Positions 1 through 9,850 are shown, numbered from the stretch's first letter. The stretch: 64,000 nucleotides of DNA from Candidatus Thorarchaeota archaeon (GCA_048882045.1 JBHLRZ010000001.1:160001-224000), one strand, 5' to 3'. A program made the numbers and translations. Notes: a model not told the origin generated them from the letters alone.

Positions 1-1581
1 AGTTTCTCTGAACAGGGGTTCATGGGTCCGTGGGGTGCATGAAGCAACGACCAATCTGTTGAGGTCATTCTCCTTGATGGCATCCTTGATTACGACTTGT
101 GCATCGGATGAACAAGAGTAGAGTAGGTTTTCCGCATACACAACATTGGGAAGTGTGCGAGCATATTCGGTGACCTCTGCGACATCAACAGTACCAGCAA
201 TGTTGATTCCACAGGAACAGATGACGACTCCTATCCTTGGTTCAGTTGCCATAAGCTCCAAATCTTCCTCAGTAAGAGCTTCGGTTTCTTCACCCTTTGG
301 GATGACTATGTCCAGTGCTGCAAGTGCTGCAGCAGCACTCCCCTGAGCAACAGAATCAGGTATGTCCTTGGGCATATGGACAGCACCACACATGTGGACT
401 CCAGGAACACCTGTTTCGGATATCATAAGCGAATTCGTATCGGGAATTACGAATCCGGATTCGTCTGTCTTGATTCCAAGCTGTTCGAATAGTCCATTAT
501 CGTGAGAGGGAACCATGGCTGGACAGAGTACAACAAGGTCGTACGTATCTACAAGAACATCATGGCCCTTTGCGTCACTATGACGGACAATGAGGTTCCC
601 AGTTCCATATTCCGCCTGAATCTCACTGGGAAGTCCCTTCACATAGTTAATCGCATACTCAGTTTCTCCTCTGACTAGGAACTCTTCAAATCCTTTCCCG
701 AAGACTCTCATGTCATTGTATAGAATGTCAATGTGTACATCCGGAGTGTGTTCCTTTGTTATTATTGCCTCTTTCGTGGCATAGGTACAGCAAATCTTTG
801 AACAGTATGAACAATGATTGACATCACGTGAACCGACACACTGGATGAATGCAATCTTGTGTGGTTCACGACCGTCTGATGGACGCATTACAACTCCTTC
901 AGTTGGTCCACTTGCTGAAACCATTCTCTCGTACTCTAACGCACTGACAACATTGGGGAAACGACCGTACCCATACTCTGAGACTGTCGATGGGTCAAGT
1001 AAATCATATCCTGTAGCGATAATGATTGAACCAGCATTGATCACATAGTTCTCATCCTTAATATCAAAAAGGATGGCCTCAGCCTTGCAAGTCTTTACGC
1101 AGGTCATGCACTCGATACAGTTCTCCATGTCAATAGTAGCAATGTTAGGCACTGCCTGCGGAAATGGAATGTAGGCCGCCTTTCGCATCTTTAATCCGAG
1201 GTCGTATTCGTTAGGTACCTCAATTGGACAGACTCTTTGGCAGTCACCACATCCAGTGCATTTGTCAGCATCCACTCTCCGAGTTTGCTTCAGAACCTTA
1301 ACCTGGAAGTCACCTACACTACCTGTGATTTCAGTGACCTCTGAGTAGCTCAGAATCTCAATATGCGGGTGGCGAGAGCAGTCAACCATCCATGGTCCTT
1401 GAATACACATACTACAATCCAGAGTTGGAAATGTCTTGTCCAGCTGAGACATGTGTCCTCCAATGGACGGATTCTTCTCAACCAGGTATACCTGAACGCC
1501 CATATCAGCTAAATCAAGTGCAGCACGCATTCCTGCGATTCCTGCACCAATGATAACGACTGGCTTTGTTGCTCCTGTCAT
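1..1581 (-). CDS. hdrA: Heterodisulfide reductase subunit A-like flavoprotein, large/permuted form (partial; runs off the left edge)
   Basis: Manual translation from ATG at 1581: MTGATKPVVIIGAGIAG (FAD), QLDKTFPTLDCSMC, CTGCGDC...CP and CIECMTC...C ferredoxin motifs, FIQCVGSRD, YCSKICC, then PRIGVVICSCGINIAG...VVASCTPRTHEPLFRET. Absent from the ORF track because there is no stop in the window. Confidence 0.93.
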   Translation of the reverse strand, partial: MTGATKPVVIIGAGIAGMRAALDLADMGVQVYLVEKNPSIGGHMSQLDKTFPTLDCSMCIQGPWMVDCSRHPHIEILSYSEVTEITGSVGDFQVKVLKQTRRVDADKCTGCGDCQRVCPIEVPNEYDLGLKMRKAAYIPFPQAVPNIATIDMENCIECMTCVKTCKAEAILFDIKDENYVINAGSIIIATGYDLLDPSTVSEYGYGRFPNVVSALEYERMVSASGPTEGVVMRPSDGREPHKIAFIQCVGSRDVNHCSYCSKICCTYATKEAIITKEHTPDVHIDILYNDMRVFGKGFEEFLVRGETEYAINYVKGLPSEIQAEYGTGNLIVRHSDAKGHDVLVDTYDLVVLCPAMVPSHDNGLFEQLGIKTDESGFVIPDTNSLMISETGVPGVHMCGAVHMPKDIPDSVAQGSAAAALAALDIVIPKGEETEALTEEDLELMATEPRIGVVICSCGINIAGTVDVAEVTEYARTLPNVVYAENLLYSCSSDAQVVIKDAIKENDLNRLVVASCTPRTHEPLFRET

Positions 1582-1754
1582 TCATGAGTACACTCCGAAG
1601 GAGATGCTAACGGCGAATCAAATTGGAGGATAAAATGTTTGCCTTCTAAACGTCAATGATGATGCACAGCTACAACAAAGAAATTAACGCAGTTAATTGG
1701 AAGAAATGTCAGTATATTGGTGGTTCGGAGAGAGGTCTAATAGATCCAACCATA

Positions 1755-2279
1755 CTATTCTCTGAATAATTCCATGTAATGTGTATCTGCGTACTTTCCA
1801 CCCATGTAGTATTTTTGATGAGCGGTGCCATAGAGTTTGAATCCAAGCTTCTCATAGACATGTTTAGCACGAGGATTGTGAGAGTGAACACTCAATTCCA
1901 TGCGTTTCATGTTCAGATGAGTCCAACCAAAGTCAATCAGTAATTGAAGCGCCTCAGTCCCATATCCTTGATTCCAATTCTTCTTGGGATAAATTGCAAT
2001 ACCAAGGACACAGGTACGTGAAAGCCAGTCGATATCATGAAGTCCAAGAGAACCAATCATTTCTCCTTCTGGTAATTTCTCAAGAGCAAAAGTAAATTCT
2101 ATGCGTCTCTTCATTTTATCTTCAACTGCTTCAATCCATTCTCTCTCAGCATTGCGAGTGACTGGAAGAAATCCACCAAGAAAGAGTCGCATCTCAGGAT
2201 CATTGAAGTGTTCCATTATGAAGTCGAGATGTTTATCCACTTCTAACGGAACAAGCCTAACCTTCTCTCCATTAATCAT
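1755..2279 (-). CDS. GNAT N-acetyltransferase, RimJ/RimL family
   Basis: WNQGYGTEA acetyl-CoA motif, LNMKRMEL...HNPRAKHVYEKLGF. Confidence 0.88.
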   Translation of the reverse strand: MINGEKVRLVPLEVDKHLDFIMEHFNDPEMRLFLGGFLPVTRNAEREWIEAVEDKMKRRIEFTFALEKLPEGEMIGSLGLHDIDWLSRTCVLGIAIYPKKNWNQGYGTEALQLLIDFGWTHLNMKRMELSVHSHNPRAKHVYEKLGFKLYGTAHQKYYMGGKYADTHYMELFRE

Positions 2280-2413
2280 TTTGAAAACCTAGATTCTGAC
2301 CGAACTGATTCGTTAAGAATGTTAAGGACTACTTCATATTATCAAAGGGCAAACGAGCTTATCGAAAGTTCCTAATCTGATTTGCTAACATTCAAACATA
2401 ATCAGAGTTCAAT

Positions 2414-2953
2414 TTGATAGAGGTGTACAATGTGCTTGTGGGCACCAAAATCCAGCTAGTACCAATCGAGGAGCCGCATCTCGATTACATGATGGAACAT
2501 GTCAATAATATCGAGATGAGAATTCTGTTAGGAATCTTCATGCCAACCACCCGGAATATGCAAAGGGAGTGGATCAACTCTCTAGGTGAACAGATTAGTA
2601 AAAGACAAGCATTCCATCTTGCCATCGAGAAGATTCCTGAGGCAAAGATGATTGGATCCTTAGTCGTGCATGAGATTGATTGGCTCTCCAGGTCAGGGGA
2701 ACTCGCGATTGCAGTCTATGAAGAAAAGAATTGGAACAAGGGCTATGGAAGCGAAGCAATGAGTTTGTTAATTGATTTTGCATGGATTCACTTGAATTTG
2801 CGACGGCTTGAACTAGCTGTGCATTCCCATAATCCGCGAGCCAAACATGTTTATGAGAAAATTGGGTTCAAGCATTATGGCACAGCTCACGAGAAGTACT
2901 ATATTAATGGACAATTTGTCGACACTGACTATCTGGAACTATTTAGGGATTGA
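2414..2953 (+). CDS. GNAT N-acetyltransferase, RimJ/RimL family (divergently transcribed paralog of 1755..2279; start may be GTG at 2432)
   Basis: WNKGYGSEA, LNLRRLEL...HNPRAKHVYEKIGF. Confidence 0.88.
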   Translation: MIEVYNVLVGTKIQLVPIEEPHLDYMMEHVNNIEMRILLGIFMPTTRNMQREWINSLGEQISKRQAFHLAIEKIPEAKMIGSLVVHEIDWLSRSGELAIAVYEEKNWNKGYGSEAMSLLIDFAWIHLNLRRLELAVHSHNPRAKHVYEKIGFKHYGTAHEKYYINGQFVDTDYLELFRD

Positions 2954-3321
2954 CATATTTTGATCAGTGAATGGCGCCAATCCATGAAAGTAAACTATTG
3001 CTAATGCATGAACTTAATATTACCCTGGCAACGTCCTGAAAATATGAAGGCAACTAGGCTCTATACTCGAGCTTATCTCACACGAATAAAGTATCGGGGG
3101 GACTATCCACGCACAGACGACCTCAGCAAAGTTGAGGTGGTCGACTTTTCCAGACCGGTAACTGCCCATTCGAGCTGACTTTTCCCCAAAGTTGCATTCG
3201 GTTGAATGATTATAGCGAATTATTCTGAAGTATCTTAAAGTATCAAACGCAAAAAGGAACGTTATGGGGTCTTCTCTGAACCTAGGCAGTGTAGTATCTT
3301 CAATGGTCATTATATATAGAA

Positions 3322-4590
3322 ATGAGAAGTGTTCTTTTGGTGAATTACTACTTGAAGCACAAAGCTCTGTTTGGAAAGGCTTTGCTCTTTGCTTTGCTTT
3401 TCTTACTAGTTTCATCAGTCGCCAGAGTGAATGCGTTCACAACAAGCGAAGATGATAGCACGCCCACGGAGACTGAACCACCTCATGATGACGACTCACA
3501 TGAAATCGAGGAGCAACGTGATCAGGATGGTACAGCTTGGATCGAAACAGATGTAGTTACCGTGATGTTGAATCCGCACTTACCATCATATCAATACTGG
3601 TTCACTCCTGATGAGAATGGCAGTCTTGCAAGGTTCATGGTTAATTTCATGATGATTGTAGAGTTCGAGGATTACAATGGAGATGGTGTATATCAACCAA
3701 ATGAAACCATAGCCTTCGCTCCCTTGGACGCATTTGAGTGGATCCTGAAGACAGGTACTATCACAAAGGAAGACGGTAGCACGAAAGAAGTCTATGCATC
3801 ATACACAAAGGGTGGTCTAAGTTACGATTGGGAAGACGACTGGTTTAAGGATTGGATACCCGGGTGGGATGCACATGAAGATCCTCCAACTCTTCTAGCA
3901 ACGGGAGAACAGGAAAACGACACCTTTGCCCACTTCGCTGAGATGACACTACAATTCTATGGACACATCTACGCTGACAACCAAACCGAACAAGTGATTG
4001 ACGATGGAGGAGTCCAGGCAGAATACACAGTTGAAGGCGGAGCAGAGCTAAAAGTCGATATAGAGATTGGCAACTTCCCGTTCGTTTCAGAAACATCCAA
4101 GGTAGCTGTGTTAAACTATCTCAAAGAGGACGTTGCCTCTAGTGACGATGTGAATCACTACTTCACACTTCATGAAGAATCAGGCGATGACAATCATGAG
4201 TCTGAAATCGAGATGGAAGATTTCGGTGAGGAGTTCGAGAATGTTCTCAATGATGATGTGCAAGAGATTTCATTCGTGGACGAGGGCACAGATGTAACTC
4301 AAGGATTCTATCGTTGGGTTGACAAAGCACTGGTTACGAGTCTGGAGGGTGCAAAGGACGCAGTTGATGTACAGGCTTCATATTGGACGGATGGTCAAGG
4401 TTTGCTCCTTTTCCTTGCTTATCCAAACTTCGACGGTGGCTCTTTGATCCATGACCCATCAGTACGCCTTATTGAGAGCGCGTCGCCTTATATTCCACCT
4501 ACGCCATTTAATATACCAGTCATGACTGTAGCTGTAGGATCTTCGGTCATTATCCTCGCAGCTATCGGTCTGACTCTAAAACGCCGCTGA
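3322..4590 (+). CDS. Acidic cell-surface protein with signal peptide and C-terminal membrane anchor
   Basis: N-terminal hydrophobic stretch, D/E-rich beta-type body, P-rich linker, C-terminal TM plus KRR tail; motifs LKVDIEIGNFPF and YPNFDGGSLIHDPSV. Confidence 0.75.
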   Translation: MRSVLLVNYYLKHKALFGKALLFALLFLLVSSVARVNAFTTSEDDSTPTETEPPHDDDSHEIEEQRDQDGTAWIETDVVTVMLNPHLPSYQYWFTPDENGSLARFMVNFMMIVEFEDYNGDGVYQPNETIAFAPLDAFEWILKTGTITKEDGSTKEVYASYTKGGLSYDWEDDWFKDWIPGWDAHEDPPTLLATGEQENDTFAHFAEMTLQFYGHIYADNQTEQVIDDGGVQAEYTVEGGAELKVDIEIGNFPFVSETSKVAVLNYLKEDVASSDDVNHYFTLHEESGDDNHESEIEMEDFGEEFENVLNDDVQEISFVDEGTDVTQGFYRWVDKALVTSLEGAKDAVDVQASYWTDGQGLLLFLAYPNFDGGSLIHDPSVRLIESASPYIPPTPFNIPVMTVAVGSSVIILAAIGLTLKRR

Positions 4591-4597
4591 GATCTTA

Positions 4598-4630
4598 GGA
4601 GGGAGAAACCTCCCTCCGCCACTTTTCCTC
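4598..4630 (+). terminator. Hairpin GGAGGGAG-AAAC-CTCCCTCC followed by a pyrimidine tract
   Basis: Perfect 8-bp stem 8 nt after the stop of 3322..4590. Confidence 0.55.
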
Positions 4631-4674
4631 TCATTCAACCGGAGAGTTCTTAGAGAGAAACAAACACCAAGAAT

Positions 4675-5688
4675 GTGGTCCAAATGGTTGGAAGCAAGCA
4701 TTCATACCTTGTAGTCGGGGTCCTAATTGTTGGATTACTTTTAGGACCTGCAATCATCCAGGCAGATGGACAGGCAGGTTCTCAAGACATTATCATGTCC
4801 AACATGTATGTAACAGCAACAATGGATTCAGAGTGCACAACCTCACTTGTCATTTATTCTGAGGTGAAATACAGAGGCTCTGCACAGATTGACTACTTCG
4901 ATCTGAGGATTGATGTAAGAGGACTCAATGTGAGTGGAGCCAGCCTAAATGGGACTAGTGTTGCAACAACGATCATACCAGAGAGCAATTACAATCTGCT
5001 CAGAGTTATGTCAACATCTCCAATGACAAACGGCACATTGGTCAACCTCAATCTTAATCTGACAACAGACTGTCTTCAAGAACAGATAGGACTCAATGAT
5101 GACGAAACAATGTATGTCAACCATCTCATTTACTATATCAGACCGCTTTATGAAGTTCGAAATCTGACATTCACTGCCATCCTTCCGATTCATTCAATTT
5201 TGCAGTCAGACGCCGTTGCTCCGTTGTATCCTAATCCTACAATGAACTTCACTGATGGTTATAGTCCAGTGTATGTTTGGTATAGAAACCAAATGTATCC
5301 AGGTCAAGAGGTAGTATTCATAATAAGATACCAACTACCCGCAGCTATCATCCAAGATCCACCTTCACCACTCAATTCGTTGGTGTTTGGTGCTCTGGCA
5401 TTCATTATCGGAGCTGCTGCAGTCCTCTTCATAGAACGAATTCCAATGATGATTAAGAAGCTGCAATCAAGAACAATAATTGCTCCAATTCGACTCTCAA
5501 AACAGGAGGAGCAAGTCCTTGACTTTCTATCGAAAAAAGGTGGGTCAAGTCCTCAGAGGGAAATCTATGAGGAATTAGATATGTCTCAATCCTTAGCAAG
5601 TACTGTACTTACATCATTGGAAGAAAGAAAACTAATCAAGCGCTTTAGAGAGGGGAGGGAGAATATAGTTCACTTGATGGAAGAGTGA
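4675..5688 (+). CDS. Membrane-anchored protein: extracellular beta domain, TM, C-terminal winged-helix (COG2512-like)
   Basis: Signal peptide, many NxS/T sequons, TM LVFGALAFIIGAAAVLFI, then LSKQEEQVLDFL...PQREIYEELDMSQSLASTVLTSLEERKLIKRFREGRENIV wHTH. Confidence 0.78.
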   Translation: MVQMVGSKHSYLVVGVLIVGLLLGPAIIQADGQAGSQDIIMSNMYVTATMDSECTTSLVIYSEVKYRGSAQIDYFDLRIDVRGLNVSGASLNGTSVATTIIPESNYNLLRVMSTSPMTNGTLVNLNLNLTTDCLQEQIGLNDDETMYVNHLIYYIRPLYEVRNLTFTAILPIHSILQSDAVAPLYPNPTMNFTDGYSPVYVWYRNQMYPGQEVVFIIRYQLPAAIIQDPPSPLNSLVFGALAFIIGAAAVLFIERIPMMIKKLQSRTIIAPIRLSKQEEQVLDFLSKKGGSSPQREIYEELDMSQSLASTVLTSLEERKLIKRFREGRENIVHLMEE

Positions 5689-5690
5689 AC

Positions 5691-6611
5691 CTATGCCTTA
5701 GCTTCTATGCCCAATCTCTTCCAATTTGGAGCGTTCTTCCTCTGCATATATTGCAAGTGAGTCGTGAGTCCAAACTCCTCAGGTTCATGACCAAATGCGA
5801 GAGCTAGGAGTTCAGCGATATGAAGGACATCAAAGTGGTACTCTGCCTCGAAATAATTCTGGATTTCTACCTGACCCATATCCAGTTGCAATTCGCAGAA
5901 TGGACACGGAGTGACTATGATGTCTGCGCCTCCTGCTTCAAGAAGACTGTCAAACTTTTGTCTTGTGAAATCTAATGCAGTCTTGACATCTGCAGTTCGA
6001 ACTGCTCCACCAGCACCACAACAAATCAGTTCGTCTTTGTAAGGGACATATTCTGCTCCAGAGGTTTCACATAGGTCTCTGAAGATGTGTGGTCGTTCAG
6101 AGTCGTCTTTCTGCTTGACATGTTTGGGGCGCATCCAATGGCATCCTGGATGGAGAGCCATTCTTACACCTTTGAATGGACGGGTGACACGTTTTCTGAT
6201 CTTCTCAAGACCAATAGAAGAGTACAGCGCATCGACATAGTGCCAGACTTCAATGGTGCCCTTCCACTCACGACCGATTTCAGCCAGATTTTCATTTACA
6301 GCAGCTCGGAGCTCATCGTCATGTTTCAGCTCATGGTTAGCGTCCCAAAGACTAGCAAAGCATCCATTGCAACCAGTTGTAATTGGATGGCCTCCAGCCT
6401 CAGCGATGGTTAGGTTTCGAGCTGCGATAGTTGCCCACGTAACTCTATCGAAGGACCCGAAGACACCAGGAGCTGGACAACATGTGGCTCCTTCCATGTC
6501 GAGAAGATCCACACCTAAGTCCTTGAAGACCAGTTTTACTGCACTCTCAACACTTGGATATCTATGGGGTATGATGCAACCGAGGAAGTGATAGAATGAC
6601 TGCTTTGCCAT
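5691..6611 (-). CDS. hdrB: Heterodisulfide reductase subunit B (copy 1)
   Basis: Two CCG domains: GCIIP, TCCPAPG, GCNGC, HPGCH, CCGAGG, PCPFC. Confidence 0.93.
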   Translation of the reverse strand: MAKQSFYHFLGCIIPHRYPSVESAVKLVFKDLGVDLLDMEGATCCPAPGVFGSFDRVTWATIAARNLTIAEAGGHPITTGCNGCFASLWDANHELKHDDELRAAVNENLAEIGREWKGTIEVWHYVDALYSSIGLEKIRKRVTRPFKGVRMALHPGCHWMRPKHVKQKDDSERPHIFRDLCETSGAEYVPYKDELICCGAGGAVRTADVKTALDFTRQKFDSLLEAGGADIIVTPCPFCELQLDMGQVEIQNYFEAEYHFDVLHIAELLALAFGHEPEEFGLTTHLQYMQRKNAPNWKRLGIEAKA

Positions 6612-6613
6612 GA

Positions 6614-7168
6614 TTACTCCTCCTTCTTCTCCTCTTTCTCCTCGACCAGTTTGTCAAATCCCGTCTTCTTCGCAATCTTCCTGATTTCTTCGATTGCCTC
6701 AGGAAATCTGCTAGCATTTGGTGGAACTCTTTCAACACCGACCTTCTCTCGGAGGTTTTCCCAGGATTCCTTGTCCAGAGGAACTGCATGACCAGCTTCA
6801 AGCACCTTTAGGGCAGTCTTTTGGTGCGGGACTAGCATGTAACCCTCTGCGACGGCAACATTCCTGATTGCCTTGATGACGTCAGTGGGCTTCACGTCTT
6901 GTGGGCATCTGTCCGTACAGGTATAACAGGTCGTACACATCCAGAGTTCCGGCGAGGAGATGCATTGTTCTTTCATGCCTAATAGTGCCTTTCGAATGAT
7001 ACCTCGAACCAGATAATTGGTACGTGCTCCAGCTGGACAACTTCCACTGCAGGTTCCACACTGATAGCAGCTTTGAATGTTTGGACCACCAGTCTTCTTA
7101 ATCATCTGAACGAAAGAGTCGTCAGGGGTGTCTATCACTATTGCTGTTTTTTCCTCGGCACTTGTCAA
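6614..7168 (-). CDS. hdrC: Heterodisulfide reductase subunit C (copy 1)
   Basis: CYQCGTCSGSCP and LWMCTTCYTCTDRCP, GHAVP; directly upstream of hdrB. Confidence 0.93.
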   Translation of the reverse strand: MTSAEEKTAIVIDTPDDSFVQMIKKTGGPNIQSCYQCGTCSGSCPAGARTNYLVRGIIRKALLGMKEQCISSPELWMCTTCYTCTDRCPQDVKPTDVIKAIRNVAVAEGYMLVPHQKTALKVLEAGHAVPLDKESWENLREKVGVERVPPNASRFPEAIEEIRKIAKKTGFDKLVEEKEEKKEE

Positions 7169-7254
7169 GATTTCACACCGACTGCGAGGTGGAATTTATT
7201 TCCACTCTTAAATTCATTGCCAAAAGGCCGTTAAGTTCATTCGTCTTTAGATGA

Positions 7255-8343
7255 TTGTGTGTTGTGATGTACTGCCCCAATCACTTGACCGATGAGAGAA
7301 TCATTTCAAGAGCAATTGGTGTTTGTTCAGTATGTATCAGCGAAGGCCATATTGGTTTGGCAAAACAGGAACATGAGAGATTGCGACATCGGGACGGACT
7401 GATTTCAGCCATACCTTCTATCGGAGAAATTGTTTGCGCGGAATGTGGAAACCACTGCAGATTGAAAGAGGGAGACATAGGATTCTGCAACATTCGAGTC
7501 GCTAGGAATGGGGAGATTGTTGATAAACACTCAACGAGTGCTGTAGTTTCCTGGTATTTTGATCCCTTGCCAACAAACTGTGTAGCAGATTGGGTCTGTC
7601 CAGTGATAAAGGAGCGAGAACTTGGATTTGGGAAACAACGTCTCAATAATCTTGCCGTATTCTATGGATCGTGCAACTCCGACTGTCTGTTCTGCCAGAA
7701 TGCAAGTTACAGAACAATGATGGCGCAAGGAAGGCCATTGATGACTCCAATGGAGCTAGCCAATGCCGCTGATGATCAAACTGCGTGTGTCTGTTACTTT
7801 GGTGGAGATCCCGCTTGTAATGCAGAACATTCGGTGAAGACATCAAAGATTCTGAACGAGTCAAAGCAAGTCAGAGTCTGTTATGAAACAAATGGAAATA
7901 TCTCTAAAAAATGGCTGAGAACTATCGCGGACATTGTTGAAACCACAGGAGGGACCTTGAAGTTCGACCTCAAGGCTGTGACTCCTGGGATCTATAAAGC
8001 CCTGACCGGAATATCGAACTCTGTTGTTCTACGGAATTTCAGAGAGCTCTCTGCTGCAAAGAGGGAGCGAGATGGAGAGTTTCTAGTAGCCAGTATACTT
8101 CTTGTTCCCGGATATATCGACCTGCCCGAAGTAAGGAATCTTTGCAAGTTCATTGCTGAATGTGACCCATCAATTCCGACAGCATTACTAGGATTCAGCC
8201 CTCATCATGCAATGAGTGACTTACCAAGAACGAGTAGAAATCATGCAAAAGCGGCACTTGAGATTTCAAAAGAAGCAGGTTTAGAGAATGTAAGAATTGG
8301 GAATCTTGGCCTTCTTGGAATGAATAACTACAGAGTTGAATAA
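7255..8343 (+). CDS. Radical SAM protein, PflA/COG1180-like, with Cys-rich N-terminus
   Basis: CNSDCLFC (CxxxCxxC), YFGGDP, YETNG, KFDLKA; N-terminal CxxC clusters. Confidence 0.88.
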   Translation: MCVVMYCPNHLTDERIISRAIGVCSVCISEGHIGLAKQEHERLRHRDGLISAIPSIGEIVCAECGNHCRLKEGDIGFCNIRVARNGEIVDKHSTSAVVSWYFDPLPTNCVADWVCPVIKERELGFGKQRLNNLAVFYGSCNSDCLFCQNASYRTMMAQGRPLMTPMELANAADDQTACVCYFGGDPACNAEHSVKTSKILNESKQVRVCYETNGNISKKWLRTIADIVETTGGTLKFDLKAVTPGIYKALTGISNSVVLRNFRELSAAKRERDGEFLVASILLVPGYIDLPEVRNLCKFIAECDPSIPTALLGFSPHHAMSDLPRTSRNHAKAALEISKEAGLENVRIGNLGLLGMNNYRVE

Positions 8344-8409
8344 TCAGTTAACTCAATCCTTATATTCTGCCACCCGTGGGACGCAACCAAAGAACATAGA
8401 GGTCACACC

Positions 8410-8952
8410 TTGACTGATGACATCTCGCGCGAAATCATTGACAACGAGGATATCGACGCTGACTTTGTCGATAAAATTGTTGACGCTGGTGCAGACAGAA
8501 TTCGGACATGCATTCAGTGTGGTACATGTTCAGCAGTATGTCCCAGTGGGAGAAAGACTGCATTCAGAACGCGTGAGTTGATTCGCAAAGCACTGCTTGG
8601 CTTGAAGCAGGAGGTGCTTTCAAGTGAAGACCTATGGCTTTGCGCTACATGTTATAATTGTCTTGAAAGGTGTCCAAGACAGATCAAGGTGACTGATGCA
8701 ATAATAATCATGAGAAACATGGCTGCAGACGAAGGATACATGCTTCCTGAGCATCAAAATGCGTCCAAGAAACTTCTTCAGACTGGACATGCTGTTCCGA
8801 TAGACGACCAGAATCGTATGATGAGAAAGGAACTTGGTCTTGACGAGTTTCCTCCAACAACCCATTCTGATGAAAAGGCTCTCAACGATGTTAAGGAGAT
8901 TCTGAAGAGGACTGGATTTAGGGAACTAATCAAGAAACAGGAGGGCAAATGA
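8410..8952 (+). CDS. hdrC: Heterodisulfide reductase subunit C (copy 2)
   Basis: CIQCGTCSAVCP, LWLCATCYNCLERCP, GHAVP. Confidence 0.93.
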   Translation: MTDDISREIIDNEDIDADFVDKIVDAGADRIRTCIQCGTCSAVCPSGRKTAFRTRELIRKALLGLKQEVLSSEDLWLCATCYNCLERCPRQIKVTDAIIIMRNMAADEGYMLPEHQNASKKLLQTGHAVPIDDQNRMMRKELGLDEFPPTTHSDEKALNDVKEILKRTGFRELIKKQEGK

Positions 8953-8953
8953 G

Positions 8954-9850
8954 ATGACTGAAACGCAGACCTATTCCTTTTTCTTGGGCTGTGTCATGCC
9001 TAACAGGTTTCCGAATTTGGAGGCAAGCATCCGTATTGTTCTTCCTAGGCTTGGAATCAATCTTGAGGATCTTGAGGGAGCAAGTTGCTGTCCAGCACCT
9101 GGTGTGATTCGTTCATTCGACGAACCGACTTGGTTGGCTTTGGCTGCAAGAAATCTAGCACTTGCAGAAATGTCGGGGCATGATCTCATAACAGGGTGTA
9201 ATGGTTGCTATAGTACATTCAAGGAGGCTCTTACTGAGATTCAAGAACATCCCGAGAGACTGAAGGAGGTCCAGAAGGTCTTCAAGGGCATGGAATTGAA
9301 ATTCAAAGGTAAGGTCGAAGCCAAACATGTTATCGAGGTGATCGCAGACCTCGGTCCCGAAAAGATCCGAAGTGTGGTAACCAAGAAGCTGGATGGTATC
9401 AGAGTCGGAGTGCATTACGGTTGTCATCTACTCAAACCGAGTAAGAATAGACCATGGAAAAAAACACAGAACCACACGTTCTTGGATGAACTTGTTGAAG
9501 CTACCGGAGCCAAAAGTGTGGAATACAAGGACAAGAACCTCTGCTGTGGAGCAGGAGGCGGGGTAAGAGGAGGTCAGGTTGCTGTCAGTATCGATATTGC
9601 TAAGGAGAAACTGAACAACCTTCTGGAAATAGGTGTTGATTGCATAGTCAATGTCTGCTCATTCTGTCATCTACAATATGAAACTGCACAAATAGTGTTG
9701 AATAAAGAACTCAGAAAGAAGAGATACAATATCCCTGTTTTGTACTATACTCAGCTGCTTGGTCTAGCAATGAGTCTGAATCCAGATGAGTTGGGTTTGG
9801 ACAAGCATATGATAGACACAAAACCACTGCTTGACAAGTTATCTGGTTAG
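8954..9850 (+). CDS. hdrB: Heterodisulfide reductase subunit B (copy 2)
   Basis: GCVMP, SCCPAPG, GCNGC, HYGCH, CCGAGGG, VCSFC. Confidence 0.93.
   Translation: MTETQTYSFFLGCVMPNRFPNLEASIRIVLPRLGINLEDLEGASCCPAPGVIRSFDEPTWLALAARNLALAEMSGHDLITGCNGCYSTFKEALTEIQEHPERLKEVQKVFKGMELKFKGKVEAKHVIEVIADLGPEKIRSVVTKKLDGIRVGVHYGCHLLKPSKNRPWKKTQNHTFLDELVEATGAKSVEYKDKNLCCGAGGGVRGGQVAVSIDIAKEKLNNLLEIGVDCIVNVCSFCHLQYETAQIVLNKELRKKRYNIPVLYYTQLLGLAMSLNPDELGLDKHMIDTKPLLDKLSG

Noticed and set aside
1-1581. Selenocysteine in HdrA
   Set aside because: The usual Sec-bearing motif reads DCSMC with TGT codons; I found no in-frame TGA in the visible part
3020-3415. 131-aa minus-strand ORF in the long intergenic gap
   Set aside because: Overlaps the start of 3322..4590 in antisense and has no protein-like features
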